NCBI GenBank assembly: GCA_964016885.1
Contig: OZ024740.1
Span: forward strand, 393,762,001 to 393,826,000
DNA from: Eledone cirrhosa
Lineage: Eukaryota
Reading direction: 5' to 3'
DNA length: 64,000 nucleotides
Positions within the stretch are counted from its first letter, which is position 1. Every line of letters begins with the position of its first letter. This document shows, one piece after another, positions 14,295-28,381 of the stretch. Position numbers and translations under genes: made by a program. The notes under the pieces were generated by a model. It did no database searches and had not been told where the DNA came from. It saw only the letters and a program-made list of their open reading frames with translations.

Positions 14295-14447
14295 TTCATT
14301 ATTTCTGAAGACGGCATATGTATGTGTTGGTATGTATATTCTATTTGATAATTTGTATAATTTTGTATAATTTTGTACATAGATCTGTTGAATATGCATA
14401 CCAATTCTAACACATATATGTCCTAGAAACGATCGTTAAATAATGAA
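14295..14447 (+). ncRNA. Type-I hammerhead ribozyme with a very long stem II
   Basis: Stem I ttcattattt/aaataatgaa (10 bp); CTGAAGA 14305-14311; GAAA 14426-14429; palindromic stem III ACGATCGT; GUU cleavage after 14437. Confidence 0.8.
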
Positions 14448-14500
14448 CTTTTTTGTTTAATATAAGGAACTGTTTCATTGTTTTATTCATAATTTTTTTA

Positions 14501-14679
<179 letters not shown>

Positions 14680-15481
14680 ATATCATTCAAGAATAAAGAA
14701 AACAAACACATGTGTGTGTGAGTGTGTATGTGTGAGTGTGTGTGTGTGTGTATGTATTTGTGTGGAAAGTGAGATAATATGAAAGATGTAAAATAAGCAT
14801 ACGAGCATGTACTTTTGTTTTTTGTAAACAGATTTTTAGTCCCGCCTGGAAAATTATTTTAGCTATAAACTTTGCTTTTATCCTTTCAACGTTAATAGAA
14901 TAAGATCCAGTTGAATACGGAGATGGCTATAATTGACTTTTATTGATGGTTCGTTATTTCGTAACGACCTTCTGAAGTAATCTTTGCCTTTCAATCTTGT
15001 GGAGTTCGATAAAATACACTATCAGTTGAGTACTTGGCTAGAATTAATGTTCCATCTAATATCAAGTGACAATTAGTTTAACTAAACACGAAATGAATAA
15101 AGGGTACTCAAACATTGCTACCCCAAATGATACAGGCTCGGACGGTGTTGAAGAGCATCTCTTGTGTTCCTATATTTCATCCTAAGTCGTGAATGGTATT
15201 TAGATAAAAGAGCAAATAAAAGAAGATTTAAAAAAAGGTGGCTTCATGAATAGATTACGTCAGTGAACACCGAAGAGTTTAACCGTTTTAAGAACACTTA
15301 ATTAAATCTTTTCATTAGAAATCTATTTCTTCGAAAATTAACTGAAGCCTCAAGAATCATTAGCAGTCGATGAATGATTTTATTTCTTTATATTCTTTCT
15401 TTATTTGTTTATTTTCTTAATTATATTTCTCATTTCAAATTACATCCAACTTCTCTCTTCACTGTCGTTTTATCTATTAAA

Positions 15482-15537
<56 letters not shown>

Positions 15538-15632
15538 CACTACTACAGCTACTACTACAACCACCACTACTACTACCACTACCACCACCACCACCGCCAC
15601 CACCAACGCCACCACCACCACCGCCGCCGCCG

Positions 15633-15673
<41 letters not shown>
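15482..15673. repeat. (ACT)n/(ACC)n/(GCC)n compound microsatellite
   Basis: Direct reading. Confidence 0.97.
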
Positions 15674-15674
<1 letters not shown>

Positions 15675-16146
15675 TATTTTATTGGCCACAATGTACGTAT
15701 ATGTCAGATCGTTGGCGGGTTTATTACAGCAAACATAGGAATAAGAAATTAAAATAGAGGAGCAGTACTTGTCAGAGAAGCTGGTAAATATCTTATTCAC
15801 TCTGTAACACAATGAACAAGTTACTCCATGGATTGTACAACAGGAATACTTATCATCAAAACCAATCCGAATCCCTTCATGTGCAGAATTATGATTTATT
15901 ATTAGTACAATCATGCCACCTAAGATTGGTTCTTTAGATTTGTTTGTAGCCACGATTTATGGTAATAATATTTATCAATTTCCTCCAAGCTTTCATGTTA
16001 ATTGCACTTAAATTGTTTAATGTGAAAAAAGATTTTGTTTTTGATTTTTTCTTTGAAAATGTGAAGCAAATATTGTGAGTGAGAAACTTCTGAAGGCTGT
16101 GAGTGAATTGAGTGAGATTTAGATATATGGATATACATTGGAGTTA

Positions 16147-16770
16147 TTGGATTGGCAGTATCGATAGAGGGTCGGACGTCATGCTTTCCAGCATAGTTAC
16201 GTCCCTTTACGATCTGAGTTCAAATCCCGCCGAGGTTGACTTTGCCTTTCATCCTTACGGGGTCGATAAAATAAAGTACCAGTAATGCACTGGGTAATTG
16301 CTGGCCTTGTGCCTAAAGTAGAAACAATTATTATTATAGGATGAGCAATATCGGTAGAGTCGGACGCCATGCTTTGCAGCATAGAGTTACGGTCCTTTAC
16401 GATCTGAGTTCAAATACCGCTGAGGTTAACTTTGCCTTTCATCCTTACGGGGTCGATAAAATAAAGCACCAGTAACGTACTGGGGTCGATTTAATCGACT
16501 TTCCCCTCCCCTCCAAATTACTGGCCTTGTGCCTATACTTATTATTATCATTTGGCAGAATCGGTAGAGCGTCGGACAACATGCTTAGCGACATAGGGTT
16601 ACGGCCCTTTAAGTTTAAATCCCGCCAAGGCTAGCTTTGCTTTTCATCTTTACATAGTCAATAAAATAAAGTACCAGTAATGCACTGGAGTCGATTTAAT
16701 CGACTTTCCTCCCCCATCCCCCAAAACAATTGTTGACCTTGTGCCTAAAGTCGAATCAGTTATTATCTTA
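16147..16770 (+). mobile_element. Three head-to-tail tRNA-derived SINE copies
   Basis: Each has an A-box-like tggcagtatcg, a B-box gagttcaaatcc (partly deleted in the third), core gcctttcatccttacggggtcgataaaataaagtaccag and an ATT tail. Confidence 0.9.
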
Positions 16771-17276
16771 GTTGCCTTTTTTTTGTTCAATAATCCCGTT
16801 CGAACAGAATTTTTATACACATAGGTAGACAATCAAAGACATATGAGTAACTAGTTCATGTTTGTTGTAAACTGGACATGTGTATGGGACTATACAGTAC
16901 AATATAACATAATAATGAGTATCTGGGAAGCAAAGAGAGTGACAAACGCATAAACATACAGCTGCAACAGCTAACGGTATTAAGTCCAAATTATATTCTA
17001 ATTTCACGTCATATTAATAAGTCCTCCCATTTTTCATTTTAGATTTTGGCTACCACCAGAGCCTATTTCACTAAACCAGTGAGGACTGGGAATGAGAAGC
17101 AATATGTCTTCTATATAATGGTGGGGTGATGGAGGGGTGGGGATGTATGTCAGTGTCAGTGTGTATGCATGTAGATAGCTAACCTTTCCAGACCATAAGA
17201 ATGTAATGCATTGAACCGACAGCCCCCACTAGCTAAAGTGATAAACCGGTGAGATATATAATCTCACCTGGATAAA

Positions 17277-17415
<139 letters not shown>

Positions 17416-19418
17416 AACACTATTCAAAGTGATAAACAGGTGAGGTATATCTCTTCCACTGGATGTGATGTCAGACTATTACTGATAGTTTTTACCGCAA
17501 ATGAAACTGAATTCAATACCCGACTAGCCAGAATGTCTCTACTTACTGTAGTAAAGTATATCTGGCTGTTGCAGGAGTAATCGTGTTTGGTCTTGGACCT
17601 AATAACGTAACACCAAGGACAAAATACGAATCTTCTATCTCTACAGTCAATTATCAATTCGGTCATCTGCTAGCTTTGCCTGTGGATAGATATACAGATG
17701 GTGGTGAACTGATAGATATACACTGGGTGGTGAACTGATACTCGGCAGAGCGTTGAATTAAATATATTGTGGTATTTTCTCCGGCTCCTTGTTCCCTGAG
17801 TTCAAATCCAATCCGAATCAACTTCGCCTCTCATCCTTTCAGGGTCGATAAATAAAGTACAAACCCATTGAAAATTAATTGTTAGAAAATCGGATGGGAT
17901 ACTTTGGGTATAATTACAGTTCTGTGCATTCTAAGTTTTCGCCTTCTGCCACCGAAAACATAGTGACATGATAAGACGGGGGACCCTATCATTAAAAGAC
18001 ACAAGAAACCCTCTGCGAGACTTACCTCATAGAAAGCTGGCGAATCCTTCATAGGTGTGAGTCGTAACGAAAAAAAATTGATGCACAATCGGCGGGAATT
18101 GGATACCACTTTGTACATCGAAATGTTTGCCTGTACATCAAAATGTTCGATACAGCATTGCTTATGACATAAAGAGAATACACTGTAGAAGTATTTAATC
18201 AACATGTATTGCGTTCACTCATGTTTCATCGATACCAGTATGTTGTGAACACATCAAGCAAATGTATTTATCAACTGTCAAATATAGAATCTCACCACAT
18301 AAAAAATAAAATAAAACCGTTTTATATTTTTTTATAATATACAACGAGAAACCCGTTTGATTTTTACGATGACATAACTAACGAACAGACTCATACAAAA
18401 TGGAAACCGCAGCCATGAAGTAAAAATAAAACAAAACAAAACAAGTAAACGTGATTCATAGCGATTAATAAACAAAACAAAATAAACCTTAAGAAGTTTT
18501 ATACTATCTGGAATCGGGAATATGTTAGAGTAGTGCTAGCTGTAATTGGAGCTACTTAGTTTTCTTTTGAAGTCGATTTGTTATGTCATCGATACCAAGA
18601 TACAGTAGTACCGACATAGTACACAGTGGATCATTTTTCATTTGACATTCAAGTCTGATTGCAAATAAATAAATACACAGATAAGAAAATAAATCATTAA
18701 CTAAATAATTTGACAAATATAAGTAAATATCGATTTGCCTGAATATAAACACGTTGCCCATGGAAAAATGTTTATCACAGTGAATAGAATTTTTTCATGT
18801 TGATATCATCTTTCTCACCCCGCTCTCGCTCTCTTACATATAATAAATGGATCATAATTGGCCATATCTGTCCATTCATTTATCAACTAGAATTGCAAAT
18901 GTGACAGTTTTTATGGAAGTATAATATCAACTTGGGGGATTTGATCTTATCGGGTCGTTCCTTCTATATTTCTCGTTGCTACGTAAACAGAGTGTTTATT
19001 GGACATTAAGTCTTACTCAGGTTGGCAGTCTCAATTAGGTTATCTATTTTGGTAAGAATTTTCCCTGTTATTAGCCTTTTATGGTTAATGAAAATGTCTT
19101 CAATTACAGGGGTTTAATAATAAAATCCCGCAAAAATTATAATCTTCTATTGTCTGATCTATATGCATGCATATAGCTACACAACATTCTTAAAATCTAA
19201 AAATCAAGAAATAACTATCCCAAATCACCTCAACACAGTGACTAAACTCTTTAAAAATGAACACACATACACCTAGCCCCCCCCCCCCCCACACACACAC
19301 ACGTTCTAGATACAGCAAGTCTAATAAAAATAGTATTGTCACTAGAATGCATGTGATAATAAGTCTGAGCTGATTAGAAAGTAAAATACTTTTGTTAATA
19401 TATGTCACAACTATGACC

Positions 19419-19552
19419 ACGTCCCTTTACGATCTGAGTTCAAATCCCGCCGAGGTTAACTTTGCCTTTCATCCTTACGGGGTCGATAAGATAAAGTACC
19501 AGTAATGTACTGGGTATTTGCTGGCTTGTGTCAAAAGTAGAAACAATTATTA
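19419..19552 (+). mobile_element. 5'-truncated SINE of the same family
   Basis: B-box, core and tail match 16200-16335. Confidence 0.9.
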
Positions 19553-19783
19553 GATATTTTCTATTACGAATGTTTGTTTCAGCTCATACTCGGAACAATT
19601 CTATAAAATCCTCGTTCAACCTGGTAAAATCAATGTCACATTCTTTCTTCTATCAAGAAAAGTAACGTAAAATGAAGTGTCTTACTCAAGAACACAACGT
19701 ACCACCCGACCTAGGAATTGCTCTTTCGACTTTATGTACTTAAGACTAACAATCTAACCAATTGACCACACGCCGTCACCTAA

Positions 19784-19785
<2 letters not shown>

Positions 19786-19814
<29 letters not shown>

Positions 19815-21290
19815 TGTATGTATGTATGTATGTATGTATGTATGTATGTATGTATGTATGTATGTATGCATGGTCGGGTCGCTGGCGACTAAACTGGCAA
19901 CCCCACCAAGGTTTCTTGGTGAGGAGGGTGACTTTGGACATCCTGCAGGACTAAAAACAAAACCTGTCAAAGAGCAAAGGAGCTCTTAAGAGTCAATGGC
20001 CTTCCAAAATCACCGGGAGAGATGACCCCTTAGCCTTTGTCAAGGCAGAATTCTAGGAGAAGGAAAACTCTGATATAACACCTGCAACCCTGATGGTATC
20101 CAATGATGTTGACTTGTTCTTCTTTTTGGTAAATATCATCTTGGTTAAGAGAGTGGGACTGGCTTTGTGCAGTGCCTTTGCTCACTATAAAAGTTTCACG
20201 GCACAGGCATTGCTTTATATCTGGAGATCTCTCTGCACTTGTGTCGTCACATGGTACCATGGGCCCAGCACTATGTGTCAATAATTGTCACAAGTGTAGT
20301 GTTTGTACCAGAGTTTTCAAGTCGCTGGCTGGACTAAAAAGTCACACTCGTTCAGCGCATCGGTAGGAGTTCTCCTACATGGATATAAAGTAGTGGCCGT
20401 ATTCGAAAACGAGTTGGCAGCCACCATGTATGTATGTATGTATGTATGTATGTATGTATGTATGTATGTATGTATGTATGTATGTATGTATGTATGTCAG
20501 GTCACCAGTTGGTGCTACTGGTAACATGTATCCCAGTACAACCTGTCTCATGGTCGGGTCGTTGGCGACTAAACTGGCAACCCCACCAAGGTTTCTTGGT
20601 GAGGAGGGTGACTTTGGACATCCTGCAGGACTAAAAACAAAACCTGTCAAAGGGCAAAGGAGCTCTTAAGAGTCAATGGCCATCCAAAATCACCGGGAGA
20701 GATGACCCCCTTAGCTTTTTTCAAGGCACAATTCTAGGAGAAGGAAAACTCTGATATAACACCTGCAACCCTGATGGTATCCAATGATGTTGACTTGTTC
20801 TTCTTTTTGGTAAATATCATCTTGGTTAAGAGAGTGGGACTGGCTTTATGCAGTGCCTTTGCTCACTATAAAAGCTTCATGGCACAGGCATTGCTTTATA
20901 TCTGCACTTGTCGTCACATGGTACCATGGGCCCAGCACTATGTGTCAATAGTTGTCACAAGTATAGTGTTTGTACCAGAGTTTTCAAGTCGCTGGCTAGA
21001 CCAAAAAGTCACACTCGTTCAGCGCATCGGTAGGGTTCTCCTACATGGATATAAAGTAGTGGCCGTACTCGAAAACGAGTTGGCAGCCACCATGTATGTA
21101 TGTATGTGCTACTGGTAACATGTAACCCAGTACAAGCTGTCGCATGGTCGGATCGTCGGTGACTAAACCGGCAATCCCACCAAGTTTACTTGGTGAAGAA
21201 TGTGATTTTGGACACCCTGCAGGACAAAAAACAAAACCTGACAAAGGGCGGAAGAACTCATAGGGGTCAACGGCCCTCCAATAATGTGTA
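19786..21290 (+). mobile_element. Tandem array of an RTE-derived non-autonomous element (about 600 bp unit) separated by (ATGT)n
   Basis: Units at about 19870-20426, 20497-21091 and 21105-21280 (partial); RTE 5'-UTR-like motif ctaggagaaggaaaactctga; C2H2 remnant CSVCTRVFKSLAGLKSH; 3' end gcagccacc(ATGT)n. Confidence 0.85.
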
Positions 21291-21369
21291 AATATGTAAT
21301 GCATGTGTATATATGTATATATATATATATATGTATATATGTATATACATGTATGCATGTGTATGTATA

Positions 21370-21650
21370 TGCACGAGGACATAGAAAGAGTCGGGCTGGA
21401 TACCCGATCGCGCGGTTAAACCACTGGGAGTGACAGACCCTAGCCTTTGTCAGGGCATTCTTCTAGGAGAAGACAACTCATGAAAATGTGATAACTCCGA
21501 CATAAAACCTGCGGCTCAGTAGTTACCGATGATGTTGATCTTTTCTTCTTTTCGGGTTATAGCTACTGTCGCTCAGAGAGTGGGATTGGCTCAGTGCACA
21601 GTCTTTCCTCATTTAAAAAAAAATCTTCACGCTCAGGCATTGTACGATAG
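21370..21650 (+). mobile_element. Diverged relative of the RTE-derived element
   Basis: cctagcctttgtcagggcattcttctaggagaagacaactc..gagagtgggattggc. Confidence 0.7.
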
Positions 21651-21665
21651 CATTAATTAATAATT

Positions 21666-22305
21666 ACTAGCAGAAAATCCACCGTTCGGGTGGTTTTCTG
21701 CTAGCATGTTGTAGTGTGTATATTGATATTATACGCAAGTATATATACATGTACATATGATACGTCAAATAAAATAGTAACTGACAATATACACAGAAAT
21801 TGAACGAAGACTGCGTTACACTCTCTTATATAATCAGTAACATAATCCATTATACATTTAAAAAAAAACGATATTATATATAACCTGCATTAAGAGAAAA
21901 TTGGTGACAGAAAATTAATGTTTATTTAAGCGATCGCCACCGGAAGTGTTGACATTTGAAGATTTTAAAGAAGTGAATCTTTAAATAAATAATAAAATAT
22001 ATTTAATGAACAGCCATGAAATTTAGTAGATAAATTATGTAATATTCATTCCATAATTTGTAATATTCATTCCATAGTTATGCCCCTTTACAATCTGAGT
22101 TCAAATCCCGCCGAGGTTGACTTTGCCTTTCATCCTTACAGGGTCGATAAAATAAAGTACCAGTAATGCACTGGGTAATTTGCTGGCCTTGTGCTTAAAG
22201 TAGAAACAATTATTTATTCAAAGTAATCCAACTTATTTTATTAATGGGATAAAAAATTATAAACCATACGCAGTCCCGGGCTTCTTACTTTATTATAGTT
22301 TAGAT
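21666..22305. mobile_element. Possible Helitron/Helentron-type non-autonomous element with a SINE inserted at about 22075-22215
   Basis: Starts actagcagaaaa..ttttctgctag (hairpin) and ends ttattatagtttagat; no coding evidence. Confidence 0.35.
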
Positions 22306-22489
22306 TAATAATGTTATATCGTGCAATCGCCATACTCGATAACGAGGGGGCAGCCATCATGTATGTATGTATGTATGTATGTATGTATGTATGTATGTAT
22401 GTATGTATGTATGCATGTATGCATGTATGTATGTATGTATGTATGTATGTATGTATGTATGTATGTATGTATGTATGTGGCGTCTGTAT

Positions 22490-22690
22490 GACTTAGTAGT
22501 TGGCTAGTTCGATTCACAGCTGCATGTTTTGTCTATGAGCAAGACACTTTATTTCACGTTGCTCCAGTCCACTCAGCTGGCAAAAGTGAGTTGTATTTAT
22601 AATTCAAAGGGCCAGTCTAGCTACATACTGTATCACGCTGAATCTCCTTTAAAATTAAGTTAAGGATGCATGTGTCTGTGGATTGCATGC
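22490..22690 (+). mobile_element. Second SINE family (CORE-like), diverged
   Basis: B-box gttcgattc followed by gagcaagacactttatttcacgttgctccagtccactcagctg. Confidence 0.6.
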
Positions 22691-22845
22691 TAATTTCGGG
22701 AACTGTCGTCTTAACCAACATATATATCAAAAGAGTGGGTTAATTTTTTATGGAAATCTGGCAGCTCTTTATCATAGGTTGAGCAATAACCCAAGGGTGC
22801 TCTATTGGCTGGCTGCTTGTCTGTTGGCACCTGGCGGTGTTCGAT

Positions 22846-22937
<92 letters not shown>
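22846..22937. repeat. (TAG)n microsatellite
   Basis: Direct reading. Confidence 0.98.
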
Positions 22938-25551
22938 CTGTTACTGCGAATTAGTTGCTATGCGTAATGTTTCTCGTTGAGGCAATCTTAGTTATGGATA
23001 ATTTAAAAAAATATTTTTCATACAATTGCTATTAAATAGGTTTCAAGTACTAGCCAGATTTTACTATAACAAAAGGTGTCATCTAGGTCGTCGCTTGATC
23101 TGCTAGAAATGGAAGCTAAATTCTCACATTAAACTGTAATCGTCTTAAACAAGGAAGGACCCGCCGTACAATGTAGTCATAGAGACACTAAAAAAAAAAA
23201 GAAGCCCCAATGCTTTTGATCATAGGTTTGCCCAATCAATGTTACCCAACGACGACGATCTATAACGCCAATTTAAACAGAATTATATGTTGAGTAACTC
23301 AAGACAACTTTAGGTCAAAACAGACATGCTGCGGTTAGCAGAAAATGTCTGGTGTAATATCTAGTACCTCCATTTTCACTCATAAAGAGTTAACAAGGTT
23401 CACTTTATATTAACCACCTTGTTATTCTGCCTTCGACAATACGTATTTATCGTTCTACAGAATATATGTCACTCTCCTCGCCTGGTAAGCACATATATAT
23501 TTTGTTTTTGTTTGCTGGTGCGATATATTCACTAAAGTGAAATATAGGACTAAGAGGTTATGAATGATACATATGAATTATATATTCTATCATAATGAGA
23601 TTAGAGAAAAAAAGCTTTTAATGGGGATGAAGTTGCAGAAAACATCAAATATGCCCATATAGACGTGTAGAAATAAGAATTCGATAGATCTGCAGTTCCT
23701 AATAAAATTTAACTATGACGTGTTAATCAGTTAACCTACATAAGATGAAGAAGATCAAATGATATGAAATGGAAACTGAACGTCTAGATAAAAGCACCTC
23801 TTCAATAGTTTATCTCTGCTTGAAGTCAGGTTGATTCTTGTGTAGGAACAACGAACTGTGAGATAGTGTAGTAAAATCAATTACAACAGTAATTCTGGCT
23901 AATAAATGGAAGACTATTAAATATAATAAATGTGGTTATGTGGCTAAAAAGAAATAGGATTCGAGAGATAACAGCAAAATGAAATAATGTTTGTAGCTAA
24001 GCTAAAACCACACTACCAAATTAAATTGCAGTATCTAAATCGAGACAGGTTTAGCAGTAGATAATACATCGGCGAAGGAGAAAACAACTTTCGATAAACC
24101 AACAGTTTCTCGGGACAATTTGTGCGAAGTGTCATAACAAGAAGATAGATATGAAAAATTAGTTGGAGAAATTGGTGGAAAGCGGTCGGTTATCTTACAG
24201 TGAAGCGGCGTTTATCGGGAAAACTGCTGCTACCATTGTTTCTACGAATATTTCTTTTGCTACTACAATTATTCTTGCTGTGTTGTTCTTAGTGTTTAGC
24301 CCCAGGACAAACCGCGAGTGAACAGCCTTATGGTCAAAGGTACACCAGCCTTTATCATCAAGTGTATTATTTAGAAACAGAACAGTGTTTCAAGGTTTAC
24401 ATTATCCAACACGTACATTTAAAAAATACTGTCGGATGTGATTTGAGGAAGATTAGGCTGCTATTTCACATTAACTACGTTAATGTTTCTTCTTTAATGT
24501 TACTGTTGTAGTCGTTACTATTGCTATCTGCGCATAAAAAATGTGATGAACTGAAAGTATTTATGCTGACAAGGACATACTTCATTAACCTATTTTAATT
24601 GCTGATGTTATTTTTTATTCAGTAAACCAGGGTTCATTTTGTTCTGGCTACCTGCGCTCTGAATTTAGATCATGTCGAAGTTAATTTTGCCTTTCAACCT
24701 CTCGACGCGTCGGACAAGATCTTTGTGGTATCTGTTCCAGCTCTGTGCATTCTGAATTCAAATTCCACCTCTTCGCAGAAGTTGCCACTGCCAGATAGTA
24801 TCAGCAAAGGAAATACCAATGGAAACATAATTTCCTTTGTGCGATCTCACGATCAACTTTTTCTTCTTTTTTGTTTTTGCCTTAAAAGACGTTATTCCAA
24901 ACAGTTTTTCTACTATCCCTCTCAATATGATGCCGATCAGGTCCATATGTTCACCAAACTATCAGCTTTTTTCTTACTGAGAGTATCTTGACGAACGATC
25001 AAAAACCAGGTGGCAGTATGTCTCCATCACTAAGAAGTGCAACACCTGTGATCGTGAGTATTAGGCTTGTCCTAACTTTCAATATTTCAAAAGTGTTGGG
25101 AATAAGATATCTAGTGCGGTTTCTAGCTTTTCACCCCAGACCGAAAATATAAGTTCAATATAAAATCTGTGAACATGCCTTTTACTTCTTTTGAGGCTCT
25201 AACTGGTAACTATAGAAATGCCATGAAGTTATAAAGAACTTTGAAAAATTTCGTCTGGTCCATCTTCATGATCAAAGATGTAATGCAAAGATTCGATCAA
25301 ACCTTTCATCTTGCTCCGCTCAAGATCCTGTCATCTGCACTAAATGCGGCTTGATTGTAAATCAGCAGCTGGACTGAAGTGCCATTTAAGGCATAACTAT
25401 AAAAAATGAACTGAGAAGACTGTTAAACCGTCATACGTCGAAATACGACGGGAGAATACATCACATATCTGTATGTGTCTGTGATATGTATGTATATATA
25501 TATATATATATAAAGAAGAAATTAAAAGATGATGGTTAAAAAAGTTCCATA

Positions 25552-25621
25552 TATTTTATTATGCGCATTTCGAATACAACATCATCCTGGGACAAAAATT
25601 GTGTTCTCATCAGATAAAATA
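25552..25621 (-). ncRNA. Type-I hammerhead ribozyme
   Basis: Minus strand tattttat-CTGATGA-gaacacaa..ttgtattc-GAAA-tgcgca-TA-ataaaata; 8-bp stem I; palindromic stem III. Confidence 0.85.
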
Positions 25622-25706
25622 GGGTAACATGATATGAGGCCTAAAAACACTTGTGAACAAGAAAGTTTCCAGTCAACATATCCTCACCTCAATATTACTC
25701 ACCTCC

Positions 25707-25785
<79 letters not shown>

Positions 25786-25789
<4 letters not shown>

Positions 25790-25932
25790 GTCTCTACTTT
25801 TTGGCACAAGGCCAGCAATTACCCAGTACATTACTGGTACTTTATTTTATCGACCCCGTAAGGATGAAAGGCGAAGTCAACCTCGGCGGGATTGACTTCG
25901 CCTTTCATCCTTACGGGGTCGATAAAATAAAG

Positions 25933-25933
<1 letters not shown>
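25786..25933. mobile_element. SINE fragment folded back on itself, flanked by (TA)n on both sides
   Basis: About 25839-25880 inverted at about 25892-25933; both arms share the variant ggcgaagtcaa. Confidence 0.9.
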
Positions 25934-25973
<40 letters not shown>

Positions 25974-26051
25974 TAGATAGATATAGATAAATCTACCAAA
26001 ATGTACGGTAGTGTCCAATCCATATGAAGAACTCAATGTAATCCAAATACC

Positions 26052-26228
26052 AAGACAGCATATATATGTGTAGGTATGTATATTCCCTCTGATAGTTTGT
26101 AAAAATTTTACATAGATATATATGATATACATACCAACACACACATATATATCCTAGAAACGATCGTAAAATGATGAATTTTTTAATATAAGGAGCTGTT
26201 TCTTTGTTTTTATTCATTATTTTTATTA

Positions 26229-26235
<7 letters not shown>
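26052..26235 (+). mobile_element. 5'-truncated copy of the 14.3-14.5 kb HHR unit, ending in (TA)n
   Basis: aagacagcatat..tcctagaaacgatcgtaaaatgatgaa matches 14308-14505; the first CTG of the core is missing. Confidence 0.8.
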
Positions 26236-26282
<47 letters not shown>

Positions 26283-26512
26283 ACTATCAACTAGAAATAG
26301 ATTGACATATATATATATATAAAATAAACATATGAAACAATCACAGGGAATAATTTGTAAAGTGTGTAAGCATACTCAGCTAGGTAGGTAACTAATTAAA
26401 GTTTAACTAGAAAATCAAATATAGATACCTTTTAAAATGATTAATCTCCTTTGTATGTATTTCTTTAAATAAAAAATATATTTCACCATTAATCGGTAAA
26501 TCACAGTAGTCA

Positions 26513-27605
<1,093 letters not shown>

Positions 27606-27712
27606 TATATATATATACATATAAATAAAAATAGAGGCTGTTTGCATAATTGTAAACGAATCGAATATTATTATTGATATTCGAAAAACTCAGATTACAT
27701 TTATATATATAT

Positions 27713-27866
27713 CTAGGGCGGGTAAAATTCCCGAAATCCATGGACGAGTTCTCTCCAGCGGTCTCTGTCCCTCATTATCGCTGCCATGTCCTGCGTCTCC
27801 AAGAGACCAGTGTCTGTCCTTAGGGCATCAACATATGTTAACCTCAGTATTCCTCTTTCAGTGTGT

Positions 27867-27868
<2 letters not shown>
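27713..27868 (-). mobile_element. RTE-like LINE extreme 3' fragment between TA tracts
   Basis: LTYVDALRTDTGL..MRDRDRWRELV, a typical RTE C-terminal motif. Confidence 0.7.
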
Positions 27869-27921
<53 letters not shown>

Positions 27922-28139
27922 ATAACAAAGTATCGTTTAAGGTAATCCAACTAGAGGTTGTGAGTACTCTGTGTCGAGGATAGTTATATACGCACCAGTA
28001 TTCTGATGATTTGACCGGGCATGGACTATAATTAAGGTCGAGTGACGTAACTTCTAACGAACAGCGGCTTTTAGACTCCCATTTGTTAATACTGTAACTA
28101 AACCCTTTTGTACAGCCGACCATGTATTCCCCATTCTTT

Positions 28140-28224
<85 letters not shown>

Positions 28225-28230
<6 letters not shown>

Positions 28231-28381
28231 TCCTTTCAAATCTCATCGGTGTTAAAATCATTACTAATCATTGATGGGTTCGTTGCTTATGAAACAAACT
28301 AGACACATTTAATATTATATATATATATATATAATGATTAGTAATGATTTTAACACCGATGAGATATGAAAGGATTTAATT
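28225..28381. repeat. Inverted repeat, about 48 bp arms, next to (TA)n
   Basis: attaaatcctttcaaatctcatcggtgttaaaatcattactaatcatt and its reverse complement at 28333-28381. Confidence 0.9.

Noticed and set aside
24720-25400. Possible decayed LINE RT on the minus strand (ADD-like motif near 25335)
   Set aside because: Too degenerate to support
28000-28060. CTGATGA followed by a possible stem
   Set aside because: No GAAA/UH or stem I completing a hammerhead
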